NCBI GenBank assembly: GCA_951406725.2
Contig: OX597815.1
Location: 117,242,001 to 117,306,000, forward strand
DNA length: 64,000 nt
Origin: Octopus vulgaris
Lineage: Eukaryota
Direction of reading: 5' to 3'
Made by a program: the position numbers and the translations under genes. The notes below the pieces were generated by a model. It made no database searches. It saw only the letters and a list, made by a program, of their open reading frames with translations, and was not told the origin of the DNA. Shown one piece after another: positions 26,827 through 40,407 of this stretch (its first letter is position 1; every line of letters starts with the position of its first letter).

Positions 26827-28371
26827 GTATGTATACTTACATTAAATTGAAGTTCAATTAAGAATTTCCCAAACATATTATAGCGGGACTGAGCTTGTAT
26901 GTAGAAATTGTTATTGTTTTTATTGTCATTTACATTCAATATCATATTCTAAATCGATGTATATAATGCATATGCACATCTACAAGCTGCTTTTTTCAGT
27001 AACTTGAAAACAATTGTAAACTATTGATTTCTCACAATAAGGCTACAGATGTCGTGGGAGGGAAATTGTCAATTGTATTGAATCTAGAACTTGTTTGATA
27101 CATCTATCTTCGATCATCACTGATTCATCCATCACTGATCCAGGTAATACTGTACGCTCATTTGTGAACCATGTAACACTTATCACGAGTTGATCTGTGA
27201 TAATACGGTCCATGATCTGTTAAAGATTTTGTTTGGATCCCGAAAGTGTTTCTCAGCAACTATCCATATGTTCTATTTAGCAGCATTTCGTCCGTCTTTA
27301 CGTTCTGAGTTCAAATTTCGCTGAAGTCGACTTTGCTTTCCATCCTTTCGGAACCTATGTTCTATTTTTCATTTAGCACTGATTCATTAAACGCGTTTTT
27401 CTTTTCTCCTTTACTTAACACTTACGATAAACAAAGATTTTCTCGCTCTACGCCATATCACTCGTGAATATCGGCTCTACAGTCTGTCTTTCATTGAAGT
27501 TTTCGTGGCTACGGTTTTGGATCAGCTGCAAGGTTTTTCAGCCGACATGCAGAAAGGTTTTATGAGACACCACTTATGTGGATGTTTGTTGGCTCAGAAT
27601 GAAATTATCTGTCTTTTGACAGGTCCCGTTTTTAGTACTGCAAAGTGTCCAGAACACCCTCCTCACCTAACAAGCCAGGTCGGAGAGCCGGTTTAGTTAC
27701 CAATTACCTATCATGAAACAGGTTGTATTGGGCAGCAGGATTTTCCTGACCTTACAATATGATAAACAAGGATAAATGTACTCACATTATCAACATCGGA
27801 AGAAGGAAAGGCGAAGTCGACTTTAACAGTATTTAAACTGAAATAGCAGAGAGTCGCAACTAAATCCACCAATATATTTCGTACGAAGCTTCTACTGAAA
27901 TACATTGAAAAGCAAAAGGGATTTAAACAAACAAAAAGAAAATATAACACGTAAAAAATCAATTGTTTAGAAGCACTTTCTTTAAACTGTTTAAACTGTT
28001 CTTTGTAATTCATAGATAATTGCTTTAATCTGTTAAGAAGGAAAAAAAACCCCAAGAAAACCACTCCCTGTCACCAGTTATTTGATCTCCAGCAAACGGA
28101 GATATAAACTGCTTTTCGAATCACTGAGCTGCGGAAATTTTTTTGTAGTATTGGCTATATGTATATCAGTCATTTGACCAGTAGGTTATGTTATATTAAT
28201 ATGATGAAATATTAAGAGAAAGCACAATCATCATTAATAATGTTTATTTATAAGATTATGTATTTCTTTGACAGACACTGTACAAGTTGTTAAATACTTT
28301 TTATGTCTGAATCAAAAATAATGAATTGTCAAAGGATAAGAGCTGAAATGTTTCTTAATAGCACAGAATAA

Positions 28372-29165
28372 GGCGGCGAGCTGACAGAATCGTTACCGCG
28401 CCGCGCAAAATGCTTACCGGTATTTCTTCCGTCATTGTGTTCTGAGTTCAAATCCGCCGAGGTCAATTTTGCCTTTCATCCTTTCGACGTCAATGAAATA
28501 AGTACCAGTTGAACACTGGGGTAGATGTAATCGACTTATCCCTCTCCCACCCCCGAAACTGCCGGCCTTGTGCCAAAATTTGAAACCAGTATTATTAAAT
28601 ATAGTGAGGCAGAATCGTTAGTACGTCGGGCGAAATGCCTAGCGGTATTTCGTTTGTCGCTATGTTCTGAGTTCAAATTCCGCCGAGGTCGACTTTGCTT
28701 TTCATCCTTTCGGGGTCGATTAAATAAGTACTAGTTACGCACTGGGGTCGATATAATTGACTTAATCCGTGTGTCTGTCCTTGTTTGTCCCCTCTGTGTT
28801 TAGCCCCTTGTGGGTAGTAAAGAAATGAGTATTTCGCCTGTCTTTACGCTCAGAGTTCAAATTCCGCCGAGGTTGACTTTGCCGTTCATCAAGTATCAGT
28901 TGCGTACTGGGGTCAATCTAATCGACTGCCCCACCCCAAATTTCAGGCCTTGTGCCTAGAGTAGAAAAGAATTGCTAGCACGCCAGTCAAAATACTTAGC
29001 AGCATTTCGTCCGTCTTTACGTTTCGAGTCCAGATTTCGCCGAAGTCGACTTTGCCTTTCATCCTTTCGGAGCCTATAAAATAAGAACCAGTTGCACTCT
29101 GGGGCCGATGTAATCGATCAGCCCTCCTCACTGCCAAATTTCAGATCTTATACCTATAGTAGGAA
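28372..29165 (+). mobile_element. Cluster of four tandem SINEs with a Meta-like central domain
   Basis: Repeated ttctgagttcaaattccgccgaggtcgactttgcctttcatcctttcggggtcgat…aagtaccagtt. Further copies: 130-300, 33810-34465, 43135-43318, 43950-44790, 55616-55828, 57760-57950. Confidence 0.85.
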
Positions 29166-29757
29166 GAAATTTTACTAAATATAGTAATATTATCCGACAG
29201 CAGTTTTAGCACTACAGGTTCGAATTTCAGAAATGTCAGCTGCTATCTGCTACAAATCACTTGTGATATCAGTTTCATTTAATGATTTATCTGTTTCTGT
29301 GAAAACCGATTCATGTCGAAGAGTAACATCAAATAAAAAGGTATTGACATGGATGTACAAATAAATTTTTAATGATTTAATCTATTATATTTTTATTGGA
29401 AGAAATATTAATAAGATTTCATGATCACGTTCAGCATTAAATTTATTGCATCGTTTTCCTTTTTCCCAAATCCAGAACCAGAATTATTTCTTATGTTCGC
29501 ATCCAGCGGGAAATGCCTTCAAATCTAAAATATAGTTACGTTTCGACACTGATCCAGAGTCGTCTCGACTAGAAAGTAATGAATGGATTTTGAAACAAAT
29601 CGAATCATGTTTAAATGATACAAAAACTTTAAATTGATTTTAAAAGGTAATATACGAAGACAACCTTTGAGGTTAAAATAGAATTGGAAAAGTTTGGGAT
29701 TAGAAGAAAAATGCTTATTTTCAACATGTGATTATATTGATAAATGCCTCACATAAT

Positions 29758-29796
<39 letters not shown>

Positions 29797-29802
29797 ACAC
29801 GC

Positions 29803-29853
<51 letters not shown>

Positions 29854-29854
29854 G

Positions 29855-29929
29855 TTGTCCCTTGATCGACTCAGATATGTGTATTTTAGCACTGCTAAAA
29901 CGCACATATCTGAGTCGAACAAGGGTCAA
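29855..29929. repeat. Compact near-perfect hairpin
   Basis: cccttgatcgactcagatatgtgtattttagca-c-tgctaaaacgcacatatctgagtcgaacaaggg. Confidence 0.85.
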
Positions 29930-30303
29930 TCAACACATTGAGTGTAGCTCCTTATTTTATCGAATTCTTTCCCCAAAGAAATACCCAGTTAATGATATTG
30001 AATATGAAAATTTAATTTAATTTAAATTAATGTAATTTAATTCCTCAAATTGAATTAATTGGGCAGGAAAACAGCTGTAGGAACAAGAAATTTGATATTG
30101 TACAAAATTCATATAAATTGATGTCTATACGTCAGTTTCTCGTTTTTATGCTTTCGTTTCTCATTTTGTTCACGTCTTTTTGACGTCCTTTTTGACATAT
30201 ATATGTAGGTTGGTGATCAGTGAATTTACTTCACTGAAAAAATATATATAAATATATTTTTACAAGGTCTAGACAGGTATCTTCTGCTAGTAGGCCATGC
30301 TAC

Positions 30304-30346
30304 TCCAGACTGATGACGAGCAAAGACTCAGAAACATGTCTCTGGA
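30304..30346 (+). ncRNA. Minimal type I hammerhead ribozyme (PLE/retrozyme type)
   Basis: uccaga-CUGAUGA-cgagcaaagacuca-GAAA-CAUG-UC-ucugga. Stem I is a perfect 6 bp, stem II gag/cuc, and stem III is the palindrome ACAUGU typical of dimeric minimal hammerheads. Confidence 0.78.
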
Positions 30347-30765
30347 TGCGGGCTTAGCTGGATGGGGTGCTTGTCTTCCCCTTTGTAAACATAAGGACAC
30401 AGGAAATGTGTCAAGGCCGACAGGAAGCGTTGATGCTTCCTAGGGCTAAATAGCGGTGTGGTGATTCCCTTTATGGGACTGTCACGTTAACTTGACAGTA
30501 TACAACTGCTCTCTCTCTCCCTCTCTCCCTCCCTCTCCCCCTCTCTCTCTATATATATATCTATAAAGAAAAGAAGGAATAGACAAGCCAAGACCAGAGG
30601 AGACACAAAGGACGGAAATTCGTTGAAGAGGTTACATGATGTGTGACGAAAGAATTCAGACACATAAACAAATAATAATAATAGTAAAGCTAAAGTGAAG
30701 ATCAAATAAATAGTGCATGTGTTTAATTGGCAAAAGACGACCGCCCCATATATAACAACTGTATT

Positions 30766-30831
<66 letters not shown>

Positions 30832-31787
30832 GAGAGAGAAGGGGGTACATGTGTGTACATCAAACTCAGTAGGCACAGCAAAGGCTTATAGAGATTCGTT
30901 TTAAAAAAAGGAAGTTTTGAGACCCCAGTCTTAGACGTTTCAATTTGCGCCTTTGTAGCTTTACTTACAAGATTCTACGGAGCCTGTGGGAACACTCCTG
31001 TAGCTATACCACAATTCAAGAATTATGCTGTTTATTTCAGTTTGCAATTCTTATAATGTATTTTATCACGTAACTTTTCACAATGCATTATTTCTCACTG
31101 TTTTGTCGCCTATAAATGAGGTTTATCGATTCACAACACGTCCTTGTAATTCTCGCTTGTTGGTCGATGATAGATAAACAAGCAGTAATCACAAATATCT
31201 GTCGCCGTCGTTACCGTTCTAGATACGAGGCAAGATAAAATACGACATGCTTACATATATTGTTAAGATACTGATTATAGAACAAATGTAAAGAAACTGA
31301 CTGGGAACGGAAGCACCTATGCAAACGTACGCTTATGTCCATAATTCACATAGCGGAGTTTTGGAAGACCTTCCATTACTTCACGGGGAAGAACAAGGGC
31401 AAAGAATTGGATGCTTTTTTCCCCTTTTCTATTTAGTATTCCTGTGTTTCCTACAACGGGATTTACGATTCTGAAAGAAACTTTTCCCAGAAGCTTCAAT
31501 TTTTTTTCTTCACATTTTTGCCCTCATTTCAATTCCATGCACTTTTACTTTCCTATGAGTTAGTGAAAGCTATCCAAAACTTCAACCACCCACGTTATGA
31601 CTGTAATTGTTTTTTTCTTCTCCTTCTAATATGAGGAAAAATGTGTTTTGTTTCTAACGAACTGGATACGAATCAAATAAGATACCATTATTTGTATTTT
31701 TGAAATAATACGGCGAAAATATCTGACAATAAAAATTATTTCGGTAAAAAATGTTTACATGGAAAATTCCTACCACAAAAGATAACT

Positions 31788-31841
<54 letters not shown>

Positions 31842-31880
31842 ACATGTATGTATGTATATATATGTATGTATGTATGTATG

Positions 31881-31914
<34 letters not shown>

Positions 31915-31966
31915 TGTATGTATGTATGTCTGTATCTGTGTGTGCCTGTGTGCGTGCATGCGTGTA

Positions 31967-32091
31967 TACAAGGGGTTACTGAAAAGTTCCTGGCTTTAAG
32001 AGTGCTTAGAAAAACTGAAGGACCGCTGCAGTAAGTCTTCCCGTATTTTTCTTTTTACCCAAAGCCAAGAACCTTTCACCCCCACCCCTCG
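31967..32091. mobile_element. Small mariner-type MITE
   Basis: Imperfect TIRs caaggggttactgaaaagttcctggcttt / aaagccaagaacctttcacc…cccctcg. Confidence 0.5.
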
Positions 32092-32779
32092 CGCGCACGC
32101 GCGTGTATAAGACTTTAACAACAGATATTCGCAATCCGGTGTGAACGAACTGCAGCTCAACTCTGCCTTAACTTCAGTAAGAATAATAACTAGGATGGAA
32201 ATGAGTTCATTACGAGGATGAAGCCTGGTTCAATGGTATTACTAAACAAAATATGATACCCATAACATTAAAGCTGTGGTATGATATTTGAAGCAGCGGA
32301 ATAGTAGAACATCTGCTTCGTCATCTTTGCTACACACAGTAAACTCGTTGATATTGATGCTGGCATTACATTTTTGGCAGAGTTACCCGCAGACGGGACT
32401 TCATGGCTTATTATGCACGCCGTAATTACTTCTCTAGTGTCGTGTACTTCTGCTTTGTCTCAAAGTCGAATACATTATTAATGGTACATTATATATTCAG
32501 AATATCTAAACATATCAAATTATACTTAATGCCTGCAAGGCAGTAAGGTTTATAGAGTTAGCAATGAATAATAAAATACAGTCAACTTAACTCCGCTCCC
32601 TCCACACTGCATAAGACTGCAGGAGTCGGAACTCATGCGTGCAGTCACTCTTAACCGGTTCTCATCATTACCTTACTTCATTTGTCACATAAATACTCAG
32701 TGTAACACATTCATCTCCTAATTTTCAACCAGAAAACTGATTCTCTTTTACTGTATAGAATACCGTAAATTTTATATGA

Positions 32780-33750
32780 AAGAAAATTACCGGAGAATTT
32801 TCTTCTAATGTTTACCGTTTTACAAAATCAAACTAGAAATCTGGACAAAACGGAGAACACAACTGAAAAAATTAAAAAGAAAAATAACCCAAACAGTTCA
32901 CCACTTTGAGTTGAAAAGTTGGGGGCGCTGGGGAACACACGCACGCCAGCACGCTTGCAGCGTTGCCGCGGGTGATGGCGAGGCTGATGCGCTGGAACAG
33001 TTAAGCGCCCTCACACGCCTCACCAGTTACCTCTGCAAGGCGAGTTGCCAGTGAAGACAGGAATCTCGCAGTTAGTGGTCCGACCTTACCAAAAGTCTCG
33101 AACGCCACAGGATGGAAAATGCAGTTGGCCGACAGATCGCAGTATTTCAGGATCTCGTCCTGACCGCAGCATCCAGGATGTGAGAAGAAGCAAAGGAGTC
33201 GCTAACTGTAACATCTCAGACAAGGCATTTGCCTTGCGACTAGGGTCACAGGGTGAGGCCGTCAGGTCTCTTCTCATCACATCTGGACAATCCAGATGGT
33301 TCCAATGTGGAGGGGATGTTTGCCCGGGCCAAGCTCCTCTTAAGTATCAGGTTCAACTCCGTATGACGCGCGAAGCGATCAGCATTCTAGCGGCAAGAAA
33401 GGCTGTGGAGTCGAGGAGCATACGTGCATACGTTAGTTCCCACTCTGAGGGTGCTGGAGACACGCAGTTCGTCCAAGCTGAGTAGGCCACCAACATTAGC
33501 CACAAGGACGGCGTCAATCCAGTCACCTGAGTATTTGGCGCTAGCGGACAGTAAGCGGCACCTTTAAAACTGGTCCGACTGGATGAAAAGGGTGTCGAAG
33601 ATAGCCTTCGAAATTATGTTGTTCCAAGAACTCTGACTCCGACAGTCCCTCACCTTTTAAGGAGCAGACTAGCCCAGTTCTCTCCAGTGTTGGAGAGCTT
33701 CATCCAACTCCTTGTTGGAACTGGTCCATGTTGGAGAAGGGAGGATGTTG
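32780..33750 (-). mobile_element. CRE-clade non-LTR retrotransposon relic (restriction-like endonuclease domain)
   Basis: Minus strand translates EPSGLSRCDEKRPDGLTL…V*DVTVSD…KY.DL…FHPVAFETFG…LFQRISLAITRGNAASVL, the typical CRE RLE C-terminus. Confidence 0.8.
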
Positions 33751-33809
33751 CTGTAAATTAATGCTAATGTATATTGAGAACTGAATGAAATATGCATGCA
33801 CAATGGTTT

Positions 33810-34465
33810 CAAATTTTGTCACAAAGCCAACAATTTTAGTCGATATGATCGAACTCAGTGCTCGACTGGTAATTATTTGACCGGCTCCGAAAAGATGAAA
33901 GGCAAAGTCGATATCGGCGGCTTTTGAACTCAGAACGTGAATTCAGAAGAAACTCCGCTTAAAATTTTGATCGGTGCGGTAACGATTCTGCCAGCTTACC
34001 GCCATAATATGCATGCATTATAGTCCTTTCTATTATAGACACAAAGCCTGAAGTTTGAGGGAGGGGGTAGTCGATTACATGCCCCCCACCCAGGACTCAT
34101 CTGGTACTTATTTTATCGACCTCAAAAGGATGATAAGCAAGGCCGACCTTAAAACGGATTTTGAACTCAGAACATTAAGACAGATGAAATACCGCTATGT
34201 ATTTCGCTCGGTGTGCTAACGTTTCTGCTAGCTTGCCACCTTTACATGCATGCATAATAATCTTTTCTACTAAAAGCACAAGGCCTGAAATTTGCGGGGA
34301 GGTGGCTAGTCGATTAGATCGATCCCAATGCGTAACTGGTACTTATTTAATCGACCACGAAAGGATGAAAGACAAAGTCGACCTCGGCAGAATTTGAACT
34401 CAGAACGTAAAAAAATGCCGCTAAGCATTTTGCTCGGTGTGCTAACGAGTCTGCCAGATTGCCTA
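33810..34465 (-). mobile_element. Cluster of three Meta-like SINEs
   Basis: Reverse complement of the 28372 family. Confidence 0.8.
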
Positions 34466-34480
34466 CTTAGATATGCATAC

Positions 34481-34540
<60 letters not shown>

Positions 34541-34695
34541 TTTCTAAGTTTTGGCACAAGGCCAACAATTATTTTGAGGTAAGTGGGTATAATTAAGCTA
34601 TCCGGAGGTGAGATGGCCTTTATCTGAGATGCGTTGGGTATAGGAATGCAGCGTGGAACTTTCTACCTCTGGTAACGTGTTGCACTTTACAGCGC

Positions 34696-34860
<165 letters not shown>

Positions 34861-35329
34861 CATTTAAGCCTCAACTTATGTCGGTAAATGTTTCCAAGAC
34901 GTGAGACTCAACTCGGAAAACGATGTAACAAAGAATCTTAAAAAAAATTATTAGTTTAATAATGTTTTGATAAATGATTTAGACACATTTTCGCTCGTAT
35001 TTTTGCTTTTCTGCTTCATATTAGTTTTTATATGTTTATTTTTTTTATATAAAAAAACAGGACGATGTTAGTGAGTACATTATGTGTGTGTATGTATGTA
35101 TGTATGTATGTATGTATGTATGTATGTATGTATGTATGTATGTATGTATGTATGTATGTATGCGTGTGTATCTATGTGTGGTGCTTGCATGTATGCATGT
35201 GTATATGTGTATTCCTAGACCTTATTTCATTATGAGTAATTTCAATTTGATGTCGATATATTATTATATTTCACAAAGTGCAATAAGATTTTTTGGTAGG
35301 ATGTTAAGAGATTCTTCTTATTTTCCATA

Positions 35330-35740
35330 TTTTCTGTTTTGACTTCATTCCAGATTTGTTCAGAGCTCTGGTACAACATTTTGGTAGAAAAATGTAATAT
35401 TATAAAGCACCTTTCCCATCGTAATATCAAAAGCAAGAGTTTATTATTTTTTTTTGAAACATTGAATATAAAATTTCTGGCAGAGATGGATTGACTGAAT
35501 TTGGACGAACTGAAGGCAGATTTCCACAGTACAAAATGTTTAATCGACCCAATGTTATACATTTTGAGCTCACTGAACGAGTTTCTTAAATTCCTGTCTT
35601 CCCACAGGATGCTCTCTTTGAAGTTTGGAACAAATATGTTCAGTCCATCCAGGGAAAGATCGTTGATTTTTTTTGGGCGTGGCCCAAAAGTTTCGAAAAA
35701 AAAGTTGTAAGGTGGGAATCGCAATTCGTAACAAATGGAC
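35330..35740 (-). mobile_element. Highly decayed mariner-like transposase 3' fragment
   Basis: Weak motifs D.YLFQT.K…L.LRWERC. Confidence 0.35.
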
Positions 35741-35852
35741 ACGTTTTTATGTATTCTAACTTAGTTGTAGCAGAACATATGCATATGAAACAGTAATGCT
35801 GTGAAACTACTGCAGATATAATAACAGTGTTATTATATTGCAACAGTGCAGT

Positions 35853-36282
35853 CAGCGCTGGATTAACCATTAAGCAAAATAAGCACGTGCTTAGGGCATC
35901 AAAGGAAGTGGGGCACCACAGAAATGAAAATGGTTTACGGCACAAAAAAAAATCACTTTAAACTTGTTAAAATAATATTCGTAATGCCTTATCTCTACTA
36001 AGTATAGAAACAGAAGTTTTACATAAAATTAGTTTTAACAATATCATCGCAGACTTTGCAATTAAAAAGAACACCAAGGAGAAAACTTTTGAATATAAAT
36101 AAAGTGGAAGCAGACAAAAATAAACTTTATTTTCCATCCTACTGTTAATTTTGTTTCCTTTCGGAAAATAAAAATTGATTTTTATGGTTTATTATTGTTA
36201 TATTTTGAACCATTTACGTATACTTGAGAGCACCAAAACCTTTTAAGTGCTTAGGGCCTCTATGGGCCTTAATCCAGCACTG
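35853..36282. mobile_element. hAT MITE
   Basis: TIRs cagcgctggattaa / ttaatccagcactg with 8-bp TSD agtgcagt/actgcagt. Confidence 0.8.
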
Positions 36283-36499
36283 ACTGCAGTGAGTATTAAT
36301 TTACCTATAGAAAGTAGTGGCAGACTACATTTGTGTATCATAACTTAATAACATGGTCACTTTATTATCCGAGTCAATGAAAACAACAAAACCATCATTA
36401 AAGTTCAAGCTTGCATTTTCAAAATTTAATCCTTCTTAAGCCTTGGTCCCGATTTTTTGATATCGGCTCGGCTAGAAAGTGTCTTCCCCGGGCAACTAG

Positions 36500-36760
36500 G
36501 GCAGCACTTCTGCATCTGCCGCTGCGATTGCTATGTCTATTGCCAAGAAGGTTGGCTCTCTTTCCCGTGTTCGCAAGTTACTGACGCCTGAAAACATCTT
36601 GTAAGGCCACCATTCTACCTTGCATTGAATATTGCTGTCATCTTTGGGCTGGTGCTCCCTCTTATTGTATTGACTTGATCGAATTCAGAATCGTGTTATT
36701 AACATGATAGGTCTTCTTCTTTCTACAGAGTTGGAGTCTTTGTCTTTTAGATGGTATTGT
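36500..36760 (+). mobile_element. CR1/Jockey-group LINE RT fragment
   Basis: KATILPCIEYCCHLWAGAP…DRIQNR thumb motif. Confidence 0.6.
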
Positions 36761-37350
36761 GACCTATCATGTCGTGGTCACCATTATAGATAGTCGTGGT
36801 CTCACGTGGTGAAACCATCTAATAACGACTCGGTTCAGAAGGCTGGAATAATAAATATAATGTGCAAGTTGGAAAAGAGACAGACTCAACCGAATAGAAT
36901 GTCTGAGAGGAGATTTATTGATATGTTAACTTGTGTGTTTGTGTGTGCGTCATGTATACAGAATAATAGACAGGCTATCATGAGAACAAAGTGTATGTGT
37001 TTATAGGCATGGATGTATGCGTGTGCGTTAAGTACATATTAGAACAACAATGAAGAGGACGGTGAGAGAGTCTATAATGAGAAGTTAGACGAATGTTCAT
37101 AGATGCGTGAATGAGAAATACTAGTTCGTAGTCAAACTGTACATGGCAATTGAAATACTGTATCAAGAAGTTGTGGCGATGATGCTGTCAGAATGTTTGT
37201 CAGTTCTTCCTTCGCTCATTCATCAAGTGGGTCCACTTGTCAAGGCACAGATAAAAAGTAGTCAAAGACAAAACAACAGTGTAATGTTTGTCTCCAGGAA
37301 ACTCTTAATACCAGAGATTTTCAGAGAATTACAATTCAACCTCGGTGTTA
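36760..37350. mobile_element. LTR-like repeat related to 16801-18237
   Basis: Shared segments such as tttattgat..gttaac.tgtgtgt.tgtgtgtgcgtcat and gagtctataat. Confidence 0.5.
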
Positions 37351-37871
37351 AATTTTGATTAAAAGGATTACAGTCTGGTTTATTTACACACAAATGTACT
37401 TACTATCAACATGAATCTAAACTTATTCTGCATGCACGTAATTATTTTCATACACATGAAAGAATTGCCGGACAGACACATATTTTGACACACATACATA
37501 CTAAATTATTCTCATCCATGCAACCAACACATACAAATATTTCAAAATTTGGTGTATTGGTGTAATTTTCCACCTTGAATCTCAGCCACTAATTCACTTT
37601 ATCCAGAATTTTTTAGAAAAAACGCTACAGAAGTTTAAAGTTTGATAATTTTTACCAAATCAGAAAACAAGATTTAGATGCTGTCATTTTGTATGTGACT
37701 GCACGTGCTGTCAACTGTAAACAAGTGAAATATTGGTAGAATTCTGCTTTACACACGCTATATAACTCCTCATAACCTTTTTTGCAAATTTGTATTCTAC
37801 AGGAATTTATACGATTGTGCAAAAACAAAATTTTTTTTTGTAATTGGCGCATGATTCAAGACCTATTTAGG

Positions 37872-38660
37872 TGTAGGGCACTGCCCAAGGAGTTATGACG
37901 GACGAACTGTAGACAGGAACTTCGCTGCGGGTTAGCTTGGGAGCTGGTCTGCAACGAAGTTGATTTTCGATTAAGCGGATTTCTATGAAGCAGGAGTTGA
38001 CTGGCGGTTGTCGCCTTCGTGTGTTTAATTAAATAAATCTTTCACTAACACATTCTGGGTCTCCGTTTATTTTTTTTATTGTGTGTGTGTGTATAGCTTA
38101 ACTAAAGCTATAACTGGTGACTCCACAGAAGAACAACAGCTTTCGCTTCGCACATCGAAGTAAACAAGAAATCAAAGAAACATGGCAAGCAATCACACTA
38201 CAGTACTGAAGGTACCACAATTCTAGCCGAAGTGGGCTGAGCTATGGTTCGCGCAGGCGGAGGCGCAATTTAACATACACAAAATAACATCAGACCTAAC
38301 GAAATATTCGTACGTTGTAGCGGCACTAGATGAGGACACGGCAACGATGGTGCTGGACATTTTCACTCAACCCCCGGCAACACACAAATACATCATGTTA
38401 TACATTCCGGCAGAGCAACCAGGAAGTGGCAGCCAAGATACTAGAGGACCTGCAACAGTTAATGAAAGCAGCCGACAAACATTTTTTATCCAGTGGTGTT
38501 ATGGTCAACGCCATAGGGTCGGCCCCGAGACATGATAGAGTTAAACAAGACGACCTCTGTTTCTACCACACAAAATTCGGGAAAAAGGCTACGAAGTGCA
38601 AAAAACCATGTAGCTTCAGGACTCCTTAACGATCAGCTCCGGGAAACTCCAGGGCCGGCT
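37872..38660 (+). mobile_element. Gypsy LTR retrotransposon relic: 5' LTR, PBS and internally deleted gag
   Basis: LTR starts TGTAGG at 37872 and the PBS TGGTGAC is at 38115. ATG 38182 gives …KVPQF*PKWAELWFAQAEAQFNIHKITSDLTKYSYVVAALD. Knuckle CFYHTKFGKKATKCKKPC follows, then GGGAAAC at 38641. Confidence 0.85.
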
Positions 38661-38839
38661 GCCATTGACTACCCAAAATTTGCAAACTTTAAAAGCTATT
38701 AACTCTTTATTTATTGATTTATGGCGAAAATGAATTTCATGTCAATGATTACCATACAAAACTATACCAATGTACCAAATATAAAATCAATTGAAGAAAT
38801 TGAAAAGTGACAGCCAAATAGAAAAGATCCCAGAAAGTT

Positions 38840-39210
38840 AATGGTGAAATATGCGATCGGGAATGACTAATGTCTTCTCCAACAACTGGCTGTTTACTGT
38901 TTTGTTTGTAAGCATTTATGATTTTTTTTTACCACAAACGACAAAACTTGCTCGGGTGAGTTTGCTGACTGACAAGATACGATTGTAATTCAGTTATGAG
39001 AACTTTGAAAAATATAAAGCAGCTTTGTTGACATACTTGACAAGAAGCTTGGTTCCTCTTTAGACTCAAGACTTGTCCAACAAATTAAAATAGAACAACA
39101 GCGCTGGCAGAATGTGCTTGATCGAACGTGTCGTTGCAGTGATAGACACTCTGACAGAATGTGGTCGAACTTTGAGCGGTGATAATGAAACTTTTGGATA
39201 ATAAAACAAT
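38840..39210 (+). mobile_element. hAT-superfamily transposase relic
   Basis: RE.LMSSPTTG…YCFVCK and QIKIEQQRWQNVL…RVVAVIDTL.ECG..L.GDNETFG. Confidence 0.6.
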
Positions 39211-40407
39211 TGCAGCTGATCTAGTCTTAACGACTAAGTTTGTTTTAGTTCTTTCTGACCGCATAAAACGAAATAGAAAGCAGCTGATTTGGTCTCCTTC
39301 AGGCTGCGTGCTCTAATATTAAATCATCCTTATGTGGATCAGTTAGCAGTTGATTTTGGCGGTACTGAACACGAAATAAATAGAAACGGCTTGATGTCGA
39401 AAGTGCGCAGAGAAAAGGAGATCGAGAAAAAAAAGCAAGCGATGGATTTGCATCTGAAGTTTATGAAGAGCTTTCTCCAATAGACATATAGCCAGTGAAA
39501 TCATTCGTTCCTATAGTAAATGTCCTTCTAGCGATTTGAACAGAAGAGCAACAGCTTAGGTCTATGCGACAGCGCATTTTTGTTTTTAATTGGTTTAAAA
39601 CTTTCAGAGACATAGCTACGTGGAGCAGTCGAAACATTGACTAAAGACTATCTAAATGTTTTGATATGTTTACCTTACAAGTGAACTGTGGCACTTTCGT
39701 GCAAATTCATTCTCTTTTCTTGGATAATTCTGCTACCAAGCATAGTTACCCGGAAAAGAGAATGAATCTGCCAGAGAGACCGATGTTAAATGTTTTCCCC
39801 TGACTTGATGCAGTTAGATTTTCCCTAATATAAAACAAAATTACAACTATTCATATTCCTGATGGTAACGTATTATTTAGGAGAAAGATAATTATTACAG
39901 CTAAAGAGAATTAAATTAACTGAGAACAACCATATCTCAAGGTGAAAAAATACTGTTTACATTTAGCATCATTTTTTACTTGTTTCAATCATTGGACTGC
40001 AGCCAGACAGGAGCACCACCTTTAAAGCCTGGTATTTATTTTATCGGTTCTCTTGCCGAACTGCTATGTTACAGAGCATAAAGAGCAATAGACTGCACAA
40101 CTTTCCACATTGAAGACAAAATTCATGATTTTACATTTTAGAAATTAAGAAAGAACATGTTTCAAGTTTGTTAAGTTTTTATGTGCTATTAAATTATTAA
40201 AAAGCAAACATGTTTTTGATTTTTACCAAACTTATAACTCTTTAATGAGACGACACTAAAGTTCCATATGAATTAGGATCTGATCAAGCCTAACTCCAGC
40301 GTGGGGCAGAGCCCATGATTTTACTGATCCTCCGTAACTGATGAGATCTGAGTAAAATTGTCATTTGTACATGTTGGGTAATAAATTAACATACACATTT
40401 ATTTATT

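Noticed and set aside
28372-29165. CRISPR-like regular repeats
   Set aside because: Eukaryotic tandem SINE copies of ~200 nt; no repeat-spacer geometry and no cas genes.
32585-32665. Twister-like start taactccgc
   Set aside because: The remaining twister motifs and pseudoknots are absent.
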